64,000 nt of DNA from assembly GCA_951406725.2 (NCBI GenBank), contig OX597836.1, positions 29,946,001 to 30,010,000 of the forward strand, in the 5' to 3' direction. The notes under the pieces were generated by a model, which was not told the origin of the DNA, did not search any database, and saw nothing but the letters and a program-made list of their open reading frames with translations. The stretch comes from Octopus vulgaris (lineage: Eukaryota). Below, one piece after another: positions 51,581-64,000 of this stretch. Position numbers and translations under genes: made by a program. Numbering within the stretch: position 1 is the stretch's first letter; every line of letters starts with the position of its first letter.

Positions 51581-52207
51581 CTATCCATCAATCTATCTAT
51601 CTATCTATCTATCTATCCCCTTTTCTGAAATCACATTCTCCTGTCTTAAAAGAAAAAAAGCAGGATACATTAGTTGATGTAGTCTTAGTTTAATTTACAC
51701 TATGTCTGAACAAAAGATGGGATGGTCACAGCCTGAATATCTTTGATGACAAGCCTGACTGATCAGAGTAGAGCTAAACAAAAATAGAACACGCTTCTTA
51801 ATCACACAGATGGATGGAGAGATGAATGAATGAGCAGGTGGTTGGATGGATCAATCTCTCTTTCCCTACCTACCCACCTACCTATTTATAGACACACACT
51901 CACATGCATGCATGGACTTTTCTGTTGTAAATGACACACAAGGGTTCTGCATTTTCTTGCCGAACAACATCTTGCACAGATGATTGAAACAAGTAAAAGA
52001 GTAAGGCCTGGCTCTTTGAAATGCAGGTACAAACAAATCTTTGCCAGCTGAGAAGACTGAAGCAACATGAAATAAAGTGTCTCGCTCAAGGACACAGTGC
52101 CCTGCCAGGAATCAAATTTACGATCATGAGCTGAATACCCTAACCACCAAGCTATATGCCTTCACAAGACAGTATATAATGTGAATCACAAGATAGTATA
52201 TAATGTG

Positions 52208-52441
52208 AAGGCGGTGAGCTGGCAGAGATGTTAGCAAGCCGGGCGAAATGCTAAGCGGTATTTCGTCTGTCGTTACGTTCTGAGTTCAAATTCCGCCGAG
52301 GTCGACTTTGCCATTCATCCTTTCGGGGTCGATAAATTAAGCACCAGTTACGCACTGGGGTCGATGTAATCGACTTAATCCCTTTGTCTGTCCTTGTCTG
52401 TCCCCTCTGTGTTTAGCCCCTTGTGGGTAGTAAAGAAATAT
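52208..52441 (+). mobile_element. SINE family B, young copy
   Basis: Full-length; direct repeat tatataatgtgaa on both sides. Confidence 0.9.
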
Positions 52442-53374
52442 ATAATGTGAATCTTAACTCGGAACCATTGTATCAGGTCATTGTTTACGATGTCCCATTC
52501 TAGAAACAAAGTCCTAAGGTTTGGCTGATACAAAAAATGCAACAGTCACTGGTTTGAATGAAAAACATTGTTGTGTCTACAGTTGAGCCTCTGTTGCAAT
52601 ATGACTGAAAGAAGCAATTAAAGTAGACCAACATACACACACACACGTGCATATTGATATACATATGCAGATACACAGACATGCAAATACATACTGTAAC
52701 AAACAAACCCCCAAACAGGATAGATGCCAGGCTATTATTTGTTGTTTTCATAGATTGCTGCCAACATACTTGCTAGAATTAGTTTGTAAATAGACCTGGT
52801 AATGATGCCATGCAGAATAACAATGACATAATGCCAACAACACAACATTTTATATATCATAATCATCATAATCGTCACCGTTTAATGCTCATATTCCATG
52901 TTGGCATGGGATGATGATGGTTTGACAGAAGCTGAGAAGCCAGAGGACTGTGTCTGATGTGACATACTTTCTACAGATGAATATTCTTCCTAATGCCAAC
53001 CACTTACAAAGAGAGAGAGAGAGGGGGGAGATAGAGATAGATAGAAAGAGGGAGGGAGGGAGGGACAGAGGGAGGGACAGAGAGAGGTAGGGAGATGGAC
53101 GGAGAGATAGGGAGGGAGGGAGAGAAGGAGGGAGAAAGAGAGACGGAGAGGGAGAGAGAGAGAGTGTGTGTGTGTGTCTGTGCGTGTAGTGGGTATTTAA
53201 GCAATGTGTTTGTGGATAGAATGAGCAATAACTCTTGAAATATTTATATATACCCAGGACTTATTTTTCTGTCTTCAATCGCATTGTTTACAGAGATGTA
53301 GTTGTATAGAAAACATCCTCATAACTTTCAGTGCTGGCTCTAAGTTATACAGAAAAACTGTAGAGACAAAATTT

Positions 53375-53719
53375 GGCTGTGTGGTAAGTAGCTTGCTTAC
53401 CAACCACATGGTCCAGAGTTCAGTCCCACTGCATGGCACCTTGGGCGAGTGTCTTCTACTATAACCTCGGGCCAACCAAAGCCTTGTGAGTGGATTTGGT
53501 AGATGGAAACTGAAAGAAGCCTGTCATATGTGTGTGTGTGTGTGCTTGTGTGTCTGTCCCCACCACCATTACTGACATCCGATGTTGGTGTGTTTATGCC
53601 CCAGTAACGTAGTGGTTTGGCAAAACAGAATAAGTACTAGGGGTCGATTTATTCGACTAAAAGCGGTGCTCCAGCATGGCCACAGTCAAATGACTGAAAC
53701 AAGTAAAAGAATAAAAGAA
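53375..53719 (+). mobile_element. SINE family A
   Basis: Match with internal deletions. Confidence 0.85.
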
Positions 53720-53769
53720 TGTGTGTGTGTGTGTGTCTATATCTATCTATCTATCTATCTATATATATA

Positions 53770-54643
53770 TAGGGTCATCCCATGTGTTTTTTTACAATTG
53801 CATGAACTAAAAGTTGGAGGGGGGTGCAGGATAAACTACCTGTATCAACTTTCTATAAAAGCAGGTAGTAATTTTACCTTGTCCTTATTCTTAGTGCAAG
53901 TTTTGAAGAGTGCAGTTTGATTTTAAGAATTACTTTTTCAAAGCTATAATGGAAGTGACAAAGGAGCATATTCGGTATACTTTGCTTTATGATTCAATAT
54001 AAGGCAACAATGCAATGCCGAGGAATATTAACGCAGTATATGGGTCCAGACAATGAGCGTAATTTAGTGTCAATGGTGGTTCCAGAAATTCTGAGCCAGA
54101 AACTACAGCCTAGAAGACAAGCCTCATCCTGGAAGATATGTAGAGCTTGACACGGTTGTCTTGCAAACCCTGGTGGAAATCCCATTGTAACTGTTGAGGA
54201 ACTAGCAGAGAAGCTTGGATTTGGTCATTCAACCATTCATCGACACCAGAAGGAAGACAACCATCTTTGGTTTCAAGATGAAACGTGTCCTTCCATCAAG
54301 ATAATGCTCGGTCACATACAGAGAAGATGACATTCCAAAGGCTGGAGCAGTTTGAATGGGAAACAATACCTCATCCACTATATTCGCCAGACATTGCCCT
54401 ATCTGATTATCATTTATTTTACAGTCTTTAAAATCATTTGGATGGAAAAAATATGAATTCTGTAGATGAGGTCAAAACAGTACTGGGGGTGAATTTCAGA
54501 AGAAGGGCCTTGGAAGTCTACCAGACAGATGGAAGAGCATTGTAGAAAATTAAGGAGAGTATATTTTAGATTAAAAAAGAACTTTATCTTAATTTTGAAA
54601 AATAAAAGTATAAAAAACCCGCATTATTTATGGGATGACCCAA
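53770..54643 (+). mobile_element. Internally deleted mariner (DD34D) transposon
   Basis: TIR GGGTCATCCCAT/ATGGGATGACCC in TA context; HQDNARSHT and PHPLYSPDIALSDYHLF motifs near 54295-54420. Confidence 0.9.
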
Positions 54644-55847
54644 TATATATGTATGTATGTATGTATAAATACACACATTCACATATAGAAGTGAGTTGAA
54701 ATCTTCTTCTTGTGAACAGAGTTTCATGCAACAGTGATCACCAGAACATAACTGTCTTCTTTCAATATTCAGGCTGGTTTAATATACATGGGAATGGGAC
54801 TATTTTTTTTGTCTATAGCTTTTGATTTCATTAGCTGGTTTCTAATGCCATTTTATTAGAGCATTGTGTATGGTTGTTGTCATTTCATTTGCCAATTTAT
54901 TGGTGATCCTATGTTATATTGCTTGGCTATTGTTTATCTCTGTATTATTGCCTGTTATCTAATTCAGTATCCAGTGTCTTTGCTTCTATATTGTGCAACT
55001 GTATTCTGTTTTGCTAAACTTGTTTATCATTTATTCACTGGTTGATTTAATACTCAGCCTGTATCTGCTTCTTGATTACATCATTCACATCTTTGTTATG
55101 CTAAACTTCTCATTCGATACTTCAAAAAAAAAAAAATTTTTTTTTTTTTTTAATATCTGAAAATTCTCAGAGGGGGACAGTGAGACACAACGATGTGAAT
55201 GCCAGAGAAACAACAAGAAAGAAAGACAGAAATTAACCATAAGAAATTTTGATAAACATCAGATATAAAATGCAAACCACTTAACAACAGTGTGTATCAA
55301 AAAGATATTTTGTGATTTCAGATATTAAAATAAGAATTTATGAAGTATAAAGAATAACTTTAGCAAATATGATGTAATGTAATAAATAGGTATGTGATAG
55401 TTACTGAACCAACCAATGAATAAGCAATAAATGAACAAACATTTCTTACGAAAAGCACACAATAAGACAGGATGCACAACAAAAGACAAGTAAAGACTGG
55501 ACAATAATTGAATTGGTTAATAGGAAATGGTATATAGACCTGAAAAACAATAAACAAACATATACATGTGTGCATGTGTGTGTGTGTGTTTCAGGGAGAG
55601 TGTCTTTGAGTCTCAGTGATTGTACATGGGATAGTACATGGCATGTTATACAAACTTGTCTGATTACTGTACTACTTGAGCATGAAGTTCATAGTAGCTC
55701 TCACATTTAAATCCTGTATTTACTCAATGATATTTATCTATTGCTAGATGGAGCACTTTTCCATTGATCTTGTCAATAAGAGATCAGTACACCATACATA
55801 CATATATACTTGTGTCTTCTGCAGTTAGCATACATACATATCAAACA

Positions 55848-56680
55848 CAAACGTGGTCTGATCAATAAGTATCCGGACTGTTGCCATAGAAACAAAGTTA
55901 AAGCACGCAGAGTTGAAGCCACTTGGCACAGGTTGATCTTGAACTCTGCTGTACATGCGCACTGAGTTTTAATGTTCCAGCTCACTGTTTACAACAGCAT
56001 TTGGAAGGAATGTGTGTAGTGTGTGATCATTGTATTGACCATGACAGAGAAAGTTGAGCAGGGAATCTGCATCAAATTTTGCCAAGAATAAGTCCTGTTC
56101 CGATTTGCTCGACTAAAGGCAGTGCTCCAGCATGGCCACAGTCAAATGACTGAAACAAGTAAAAGAGTAAAAGCTCAGAGGCCTACGCAAAGTTTTCAAA
56201 AAGTTTTCATCATTCTCAACACAATCAAAGAGATCTTGTGCAACTGAAACCTGAGTCTCTTTTTGTTCAGCTGAAAGCAGTTTCGACGCAAACTTGGCAG
56301 ACATGCATCTCATACCCAAATCTTCAGTGATAATGGATTGAACTGAACCATAACTAATCTGCACATCCTCTGATAACTCATGGATAGTGATTTGATGATT
56401 TCCCCTCAAGGTTGTATGCATATCTAAGATATTTCCCCCCCCCCCCGTTCTACTGGTTGTGGGTCTCCTAGAACATTTGCCAATATCAACATTTTTTCAG
56501 CCATCTTGGAAACGTCCAAACCACTCACAATTATGTGTGGGGCTCATACACTTTCTGCAACATTGCATAAGCCATGATAACTTTGGCATGGTCAATGCGA
56601 TGATCACACACTACACACCTTCCTTCCAAGTACTGCTGTAAACAACAGAAGTGACCTGAAACATTAAAGCTTAGTGCATA
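55848..56680. mobile_element. Two convergent 5' fragments of a mariner element separated by a family A SINE tail (56086-56172)
   Basis: Plus strand MTEKVEQGICIKFCQ at 56041. Minus strand ITIHELSEDVQISYGSVQSIITEDLGMRCMSAKFASKLL (HTH and WVPxxL-like linker). 55965-56043 is an inverted match to 56587-56675. Confidence 0.75.
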
Positions 56681-56842
56681 ATGGGCTTCTTTCAGTTTCT
56701 GTCTATGAAATCCATTTGCAAGGCTTTGGTAGGCCTAGGGATATAGTAGAAGACACTGGTCCAAGGTACCCAGCAGTGATACAGAACCTAAAACCACGAG
56801 ATTAGGAAGCAAACTTTTTACCACACAGCCATGCCTTCACCT

Positions 56843-57060
56843 ACAAGGGGTTGCTGAAAAGTTCCTTGCTTTAAAGCTATTGCAAAAAGCCTGGCTGGAG
56901 GCCCAACCTTCTGAGTTCTTTTAAAGGGCCTAGAAAAACAGAAGGACTGCTGCAATAAGTGTGTGAATCTGAAAGGAGAATATGTTGACTAAAATCATAA
57001 TTAACTGATTCTCCTGTATTTTCTTTTACCCGAAGCCAAGAACTTTTCACCTTCCCCCCC
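56843..57060 (+). mobile_element. Mariner-derived MITE
   Basis: TIR-like gctgaaaagttccttgctt / aagccaagaacttttcac; remnant CNKCVNLKGEYVD*. Confidence 0.7.
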
Positions 57061-57698
57061 CACCCCATAAACGTGTTTAATATAGAGTTTAGTAATAACT
57101 GAAGATGTTTAATAGAATTTTGTAATATCCCAAACACATGACAACATTTTATGATGCCTAAAAACACATACAGAGCCTGAGTATTTAACCTGAACTGAAT
57201 TTCATATAAAATTCATCTGGTGATTGTAAATTTTGGTAGTTTTTTTTTCTTCTTTCCTCACACAACTAAATACAAAAAAAAAAAGCAAAAAAAAACCAAA
57301 AAAAAAACCACACACAAAATCTGTAACAGTTTCTATACTCTTATCATAGAATCCAGGTTAACAAATGATGCTACAGCAATATTGGAGAATTAGTAAAGAA
57401 GACATCTTCACAGTTCGCATCAATAAATAAGTAACCGTAATAACACACTGCTTCATTAACTCACAATATATTCTCAGCTCATTTCGATATATTCCACAAG
57501 AGAGACTATGGACTAAAATTGCAATTTTCTTAATCCTTCCAAATTTTCTTTTTTTTTTTTCACCACCCCTCCCTTCCTCCCTGCCATCAAAATTGTGCCA
57601 ACAAAAGATAAGACATAATAGCAGTTGATTGGGTGTGCATTTACCATAAAATAATAATAATAATAATTTTATTGGCATAGGGGTGGCTGTGTGGTAAG

Positions 57699-57931
57699 AA
57701 GGCGGTGAGCTGGCAGAAACGTTAGCACGCCGGGCGAAATGCTTAGCGGTATTTCATCTGCCGCTACATTCTGAGTTCAAATTCCGCCAAGGTCGACTTT
57801 GTCTTTCATCCTTTCGGGGTCGATAAATTAAGTACCAGTCACGCACTGGGGTCGATGTAATTGACTTAATCCGTTTGTGTGCCCTTGTTTGTCCCCTCTA
57901 TTTTTAGCCCCTTGTGGGCAATAAAGAAATA
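57699..57931 (+). mobile_element. SINE family B inserted between the A- and B-boxes of a family A-like SINE (57679-58052)
   Basis: Host reads ggtggctgtgtggtaagaag|...|taagaagtttgctttccaaccacatggttcc; TSD taagaag. Confidence 0.88.
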
Positions 57932-58050
57932 AGAAGTTTGCTTTCCAACCACATGGTTCCAGGATCACTCTCGTAGAGTGGCACTTTGAGCAAGTGGCTT
58001 CTGCTATATCCTTAGGCCAACTAAAGCCCTGTAAGTGGAAGCTGGAAGAA

Positions 58051-58101
<51 letters not shown>

Positions 58102-58171
58102 GCACACACGCGCATACATAAATACAGACATATATATGTATGTACACACACACACACACACACACGTGTGC

Positions 58172-58202
<31 letters not shown>

Positions 58203-58451
58203 TGCATGTCTGCTTGTGCCCTCTTGTCTTGGCTTCCAGTATTCTACAAAAACATATCTGGCTTTGGGGAAATATTACCTTGCTTAAGAGGGTTGGTGGC
58301 AGGAAGGGTATCCAACCATAGAAAATCTGCTTCAATAAAACTTCATGCAAACCATGCAACCATGAGAAAGTGGATTTTAAAATGATGATGGTGATGATTT
58401 ATCTGCCAAAGGGACATTAAATGAAGGGGACATCACAAAAACAGGTTAAAT

Positions 58452-58813
58452 CAGTGGTTCTCAACAAGGGTTCATATAAAGTTTTTTTGGGGTCCATGTA
58501 AGCAAAATAGAAAATTGGAGATTTATGGAGTAGTTTAGGGGGTCCATGAAAGAATGTTGCTTTTGATGTATTTTTTGCAAGACACAACACATAAGTTTCT
58601 TTTTCTGATTCTAAACTTAGTTCAACATGTTTCCGGCTACTGAAACATGTTCTCTTGGTGAGTGATACTGCAAACCGACACAAGTGAACGTATGGTAAAC
58701 AAAACGGGAATTTTGAAAGAAATATCTATAAAACTGAATGGCAATAACGGGAGTCCACCAGAATAGAAAAGTAATCAAAGGAGTCCACAATAAAAAATGG
58801 TTGAGAACCACTG
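58452..58813. mobile_element. hAT (Charlie-like) MITE
   Basis: Perfect 14-bp TIR CAGTGGTTCTCAAC; 8-bp TSD ggttaaat/ggttagat. Confidence 0.9.
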
Positions 58814-59719
58814 GGTTAGATAAAATGTAGAGGGGGATTTACACAGAAATTAAATGGAGGGAAAAATAAGGTAATAAAATACCATATGATGGTTGGTTGG
58901 TTGGATGTCTGGTTGCTAGGTGCAGCTTGAATATGCTTTAAGCAGCAATCCATGGCCAATAAACAGAACAGCTTTAGTTCTAGTCTTGAATTATTTTGTT
59001 GTGAGGTTAGCATCTATCATTTATTCACATACGTACACCAGAATTGCAGTACATGTAAAGCAGGCTTTTGTTTCTTCTTCGTCTTCCTCTTCGTGTAATC
59101 ACTACGACAATGCTGGCTTCATTATCTAATGACTTACTAATAAACTATTTTCGTTGCCGATTTTTTTTGTGTGTGTCGTGTTTTGTTTCGCCATATTACC
59201 TTGCTGTATTCGTATTTATTCCTTCCGACCTTAGAGCTATTTTCCTTTCAGTAAAAACAGAAACAGAAATGGTCATGTGATCTTCTTCGAACTTTCTTAA
59301 CCAAATCTACTCCCCCTCCTCTCTCCAGCCTCACCTCTGCCCTCTCTCTCTCTCTCTTCCCCCTCTCTCTATCCAAATGCCTGAATTTACATCAATGAAT
59401 AGAATACCATGTAAGTGATGTTTTAACATTTATTTGTGAATATACTTTTGGTTTCCAAAGTTCAGAAATTGTATCCAGTGAATGGTTGCATGCAAGCTGC
59501 TGCACAGCAGATGTGCACCTTTTCACAGCGTCTCAATGCATTAAAAGGTCAATTGCAACAAAACAGAGATCAAAACTTTTGTTCCATTTGGTGATGGATG
59601 TGTGTCTATATGTGTGTGTGGGGGGGGGGGGGGGGGGCAGGGAGGGAGAGGGGGGAGTTTTACTTTTTCACATTTTTCAAACTATTTCAACGTTCAGACT
59701 ATTGAAATGGGACACAAAT

Positions 59720-60195
59720 TAACTAACAACCACTGTAATCATCATCAGCACTATCATCACAACTACAGCTTATTTGCCACTGCTACCACCACCACCACCA
59801 CCACCACAACAATAACAACAACAACAACAGCAGCAGCAGCAGTCATCACAACCATTGTCACATCAATAACAGTTATTGCTCCTACTGGAGCAACCACCAC
59901 CACTACCACCACCACCACCACCACCACCACCACCATCATCATCATCATAACACATCACAGCAATCATCACTTACAACCACTAACTCATCAAATACTACTA
60001 CCGCCAGTAGCAACAATAACAACAACAATCAACAGCCAATAAATACTATGACTATAACAACTACCACTACCTCCATGACAGCAACAACAACAACAACACA
60101 GCTGTATGCAAATATCTTGGTATTTAAACAGGAAGTGATGATGATGATGACTGTTCACTATTACCTCACCACACACACACACACACACACACACG
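59720..60195. repeat. Compound trinucleotide microsatellite field (CAC/AAC/CAG/CAT)
   Basis: Consecutive triplet runs seen directly in the sequence. Confidence 0.9.
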
Positions 60196-60428
60196 CAAAT
60201 ACAACCCTAACTTTGATGATATCTTGAGAAGGTCATCTTGATCCCAGTATCTAATTCTGAAGTGAACAGTCCTGAAATATATTGAAACGAAGCTGAGATC
60301 AAAATCAACTTACTGTCCACACTGATGGATTCAGTTTAGATAGAAGCTTAGAGGGATTCACCTAAGCTGATGTATATATATATCCAGCATGGCCACAGTC
60401 AAATGACTGAAAGAAATAAAATATATAT

Positions 60429-60465
<37 letters not shown>

Positions 60466-60929
60466 CATATATTTATAGCTTATTAGATGGAATCAGATGA
60501 GATTTAAGCATCTGTTCGACAGCTTGGTATTAATCAGCTTCTACAGTAAATGTCATGACAGACCACACTCTTAGTCAATGAAGGAACCTCTATGAGGTCA
60601 CTCAATCTGTTAGAAACAGCAGCTAAATTTCATTTAAATCAAGCCTTAACAATCAGATGAAAATCTTAGCAAAGAAATGAAAGATATTAAGAGCACCATG
60701 AAATAAATTCTTTCAAACGCTTGGATGTAGGTGATAGCTTCTTTTACCTAGGTGACCTAATTAGCAGAGGAGGCGGATAGTTTGAAAAGATAGCCACCAG
60801 ATTAGGAACAGAGTAAAAAAAGGTTCAGAGATTTATTGCTCTGCTGACAACAAAAGGATTCTTTTCTAGGGTGAAACGTACTTTATATATGATACTTATA
60901 TGAAGTATAATATTACAAGTTGTAAAATA

Positions 60930-61295
60930 TGGGCACTGAATGTAGAAAATAAATGAAATAACTAAATAAAATAAATTTATTTCATACAGTGCTTATCAGA
61001 ACAGGTAGCCAAAAGTACATGGACAATACACAGAATAATGCACAGAAACTGGACAGTGAATGAGTTGTTTAAAAAAAGAGGATGGGGTGACATCAGGTGT
61101 ATTGTTGGTCAATTTCAGGAAGCACGGAAGTTTCAAATGATGTAGTATCTTGACAGCTAACAACTGATGCTGGTAGTTTATTCCATACTTCAGCGATTTC
61201 TGAGCATGAATAAATATTTCCGAGAGTCATAGGTGCTGCAATTTTGTAAGCATGTCCACCGAGTGTTTGACACATGGAATTCAAAGAGGTGTCCA
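60930..61295 (-). mobile_element. CR1/Jockey-like LINE 3' remnant
   Basis: TLGGHAYKI...AEVWNKLPASVVSCQDTTSFE resembles the TRGH..K / WNxLPxxVV..SFK C-terminus of CR1-group ORF2. Confidence 0.65.
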
Positions 61296-61986
61296 AGGTT
61301 GCTGTTGGAAAGTGTGTGTGTGTGTGTGTGGAGGGGAGAGGAAGCAAGAACATTCCACTAGATATGTAATGTGCACAAACAACAAAGATAAATTGAGAGA
61401 TAAACTGAGCATGAGAGGAAACTAGGTACATGAACTACTGTTTTAGTGTGTAAAAGAGAAGACTGCATTTGTACAGCCATGCAATATATATGTGTGTGTG
61501 TGTGTGTGTATGTATGCATATATATATATGTGTGTGCGTGTATATATGTGTGTGTGTGTGTGTATATATATATCTATGTATATATGTGTGTGTATATATA
61601 TATATCATCATCATCATCGTTTAACGTCTGCTTTCCATGCTAGCATGGGTTGGATGATTTGACTGTGGACTGCTGGATGCCCTTCATATATATATATATA
61701 TATATATAAATATTTCACATACGCAAAGCAAGACTAATAACCTGATGTAGAACTCAATATACATATGTTTCAGAATGCAATATTGGATAAGTATAGAGTG
61801 GTAATAAGAACAAAAGAATGACTCTGGAAAAAAACACAAAGATTATGTAAAGAACTTCATTACCCACCCTTTGAAGTTCATGACAATCTTTGTTTTTTCT
61901 AGTGTCACTTCTTTGTTCTTATATATCATCATCATCGTTTAACGTCTGCTTTCCATGCTAGCATGAGTTGGACGGTTCAAATGGGG

Positions 61987-62125
61987 TCTGGGAAGCCAGG
62001 AGGCTGCACCAGGCCCAGTCTGATCTGGCAGTGTTTCTACAGCTGGATGCCCTTCCTAACGCCAACCAGCTGTAGAAACACTGCCAGATCAGACTGGGCC
62101 TGGTGCAGCCTCCTGGCTTCCCAGA
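61987..62125. repeat. Perfect 60-bp inverted repeat with a 19-nt loop, within a family D element
   Basis: 61987-62046 is the exact reverse complement of 62066-62125. Confidence 0.97.
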
Positions 62126-62358
62126 AGGTGATAGTTGGGTAAAGTTAATACAAAGTGATACAACCGGAATGAATCTACAGAATAGGTAGACCAAGGACAC
62201 TATGGGAAGAAGTGATGTAAAATTATCTCAGAATGCAGAATGTCACAAAAGATATGACAAAGGACTGCAACAAGTAATGGGATGCCCTGATATGAAGGAT
62301 CGCTTTCTAACCCATGCAAGTGGGGAGCAGGGGACTAGACATGACGATGATAATGATT
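62126..62358 (+). mobile_element. RTE-like LINE 3' remnant
   Basis: GRPRTLWEEV...DMTKD resembles the RTE ORF C-terminus; (GAT)-like tail. Confidence 0.6.
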
Positions 62359-63569
62359 ACACACACACACATACACTAACACACACACAAACACACGCAC
62401 ACACACACAAAAACACACACACACACAGCAATTAGCTCTATCATAAATGGTTTATGTGAGCATGTGTTTGTGTGTATCTGTGTATATATTAAAACTTTTT
62501 CCTTGCTTCTAGACACTTTCTTGGAGTTATTAAAAGGAAATTAGAAAATGACATGAAATTTAATATAGGATTGTCATCATCATCATCACCACCACCATCA
62601 TCATCATCATCATCACCATAGCCCTGTTTTAGTAGTTGCAGTAATGATGCTTGTTATTTTTGTTATTTACTCATTATTATTATTATTATTATTATTACTG
62701 TTATTAGTGAGACAACATTGACAGATTTATTCCTGACATTCTTAATTGGAAAAGGGGAAAGAGAAAGAAAGCTTATTCCTTAACAGAACAAAATAAGCTT
62801 TTGTGTGTGTGGTGTGTGCACGCATGTGCATATGTGTATGCATACATGTGCATAAGCTTGCAAATGCATTTCTATACACACACACACATGCATGCATACA
62901 CTTGCACTAATAATATGTATACGTTGTATATGTAATAAACAAACACACAAACATGTTCCTGGAAGGGACTATTACCTGAGTGAAATATGAGAAATTCATT
63001 TTCCTTTCTGGAGGGAGAAAACTAATGGTGGCAGTAGAAATAGGAACAAAAACTATGTAAGCATGATATGATTTTGTGTGTGTGTGTGTGTGCAAGAGAG
63101 AGAGAGTGTTTGTGTAAGCATGTGTTTTCATGAATTTGTTAGAGCGTGTTTTATGATTTGGTAGAGTATGGATATATGTGTGTGACTGAATGTTGTAATC
63201 GTTGCTTAGCTCCAAGGTCAAGCCCGACTGAGCAAAGGTATAATTAAAAGCATTCCAGACGTGACCATCCCATTTTTTCCCCATGTTTAAGGAAAATAAG
63301 GAACACATTAGCCCATGTGGGTTTTTTTTAAGACGGTAGGGTATGATTCGAGTGAGATTTTGCTGCTATTTTTAGCAGGCTCAGTGACCATGTAAAAGTT
63401 CCCTTGTTGGCTCGTGGTTGCATGTATGTGTGTGTATGCAGTGATTTGTGACTGTGTATAACTAGAGGTACACATGTGACTATATGTGTACGTCTGTGTG
63501 TGTAAATGTTGATAGTGTGTATGAGTGCAACTGTTTATCTGTGTGTGATTTTGTATGCCTGTGTGATTG

Positions 63570-63617
<48 letters not shown>

Positions 63618-64000
63618 TATGCATGTGTCTAGTTGTATAAAACGCATGTACATATTAAAAGTGTGTGCATATAGGTTTGTATCCATGTGTAATTATGTAT
63701 GCTGTGCATTTGTGTGTATGTATACGTATCTTTGGAATTAGCATCCATGATGTAATAACACAACTGAATGTATTGTAAAGGATCAATGGTTTGAAGACAA
63801 GCTGCTACTGCCACCGCCACTACTACTACCACCACCACCACCACCACCACCACCGCTGCTGCCACCACCATTACCATCACAAATACAGAGAAAGAAAGAA
63901 CACAGTTTCATAATTAGACATGTTTCGAAAGCCACCCCTTCCCCCCCCCCCATTCCTTCCAAGTTGCCTGGCAGAAATATTTAATTTAAACAACAAGAAA

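Noticed and set aside
52460-52502. Possible missing ZO-1 exon (ttctag|AA-W-D-I-V-N-N-D-L-I-Q) with WxxxxxxLxx spacing like WEQHTVTLHR
   Set aside because: No GT donor in phase 0 after the Gln codon, and poor residue similarity.
53005-53165. Purine-rich GGGA/GA tract with G-quadruplex or H-DNA potential
   Set aside because: Ordinary low-complexity sequence for this genome; nothing ties it to a function.
59602-60042. 146-aa Thr/His-rich mucin-like ORF
   Set aside because: Product of compound trinucleotide microsatellites; non-ATG start, no domain and no splice support.

Overview
AT-rich, microsatellite-dense animal genomic DNA. The tRNA-derived SINE families and (TA)/(TG) density suggest a coleoid cephalopod, probably Octopus (inference from repeat content; no database search was run). 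The only host gene I can support is a ZO-1/TJP1/polychaetoid-type MAGUK on the minus strand. Four phase-compatible GT-AG exons (32140-32016, 31423-31321, 29568-29478, 15519-15416) encode most of PDZ1, a very short linker and the first half of PDZ2. The flanking exons were not located, so most of the window is probably intron. The introns hold at least three tRNA-SINE families (working labels A, B, C), RTE- and CR1-like LINE remnants, mariner, Tc1/maT and pogo relics, hAT, piggyBac and Tigger-like MITEs, and two non-autonomous Helitrons, often nested in each other. The most interesting signals are RNA structures. There is an apparently complete type I hammerhead ribozyme with a long stem II and palindromic stem III at 16427-16534 (+). 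At least seven further Penelope-type hammerhead relics occur, and those on the host-gene sense strand all have damaged cores. A perfect 60-bp fold-back lies at 61987-62125 and a ~140-nt palindrome at 19671-19810. Nearly all ORFs in the supplied track are microsatellite or SINE translations.
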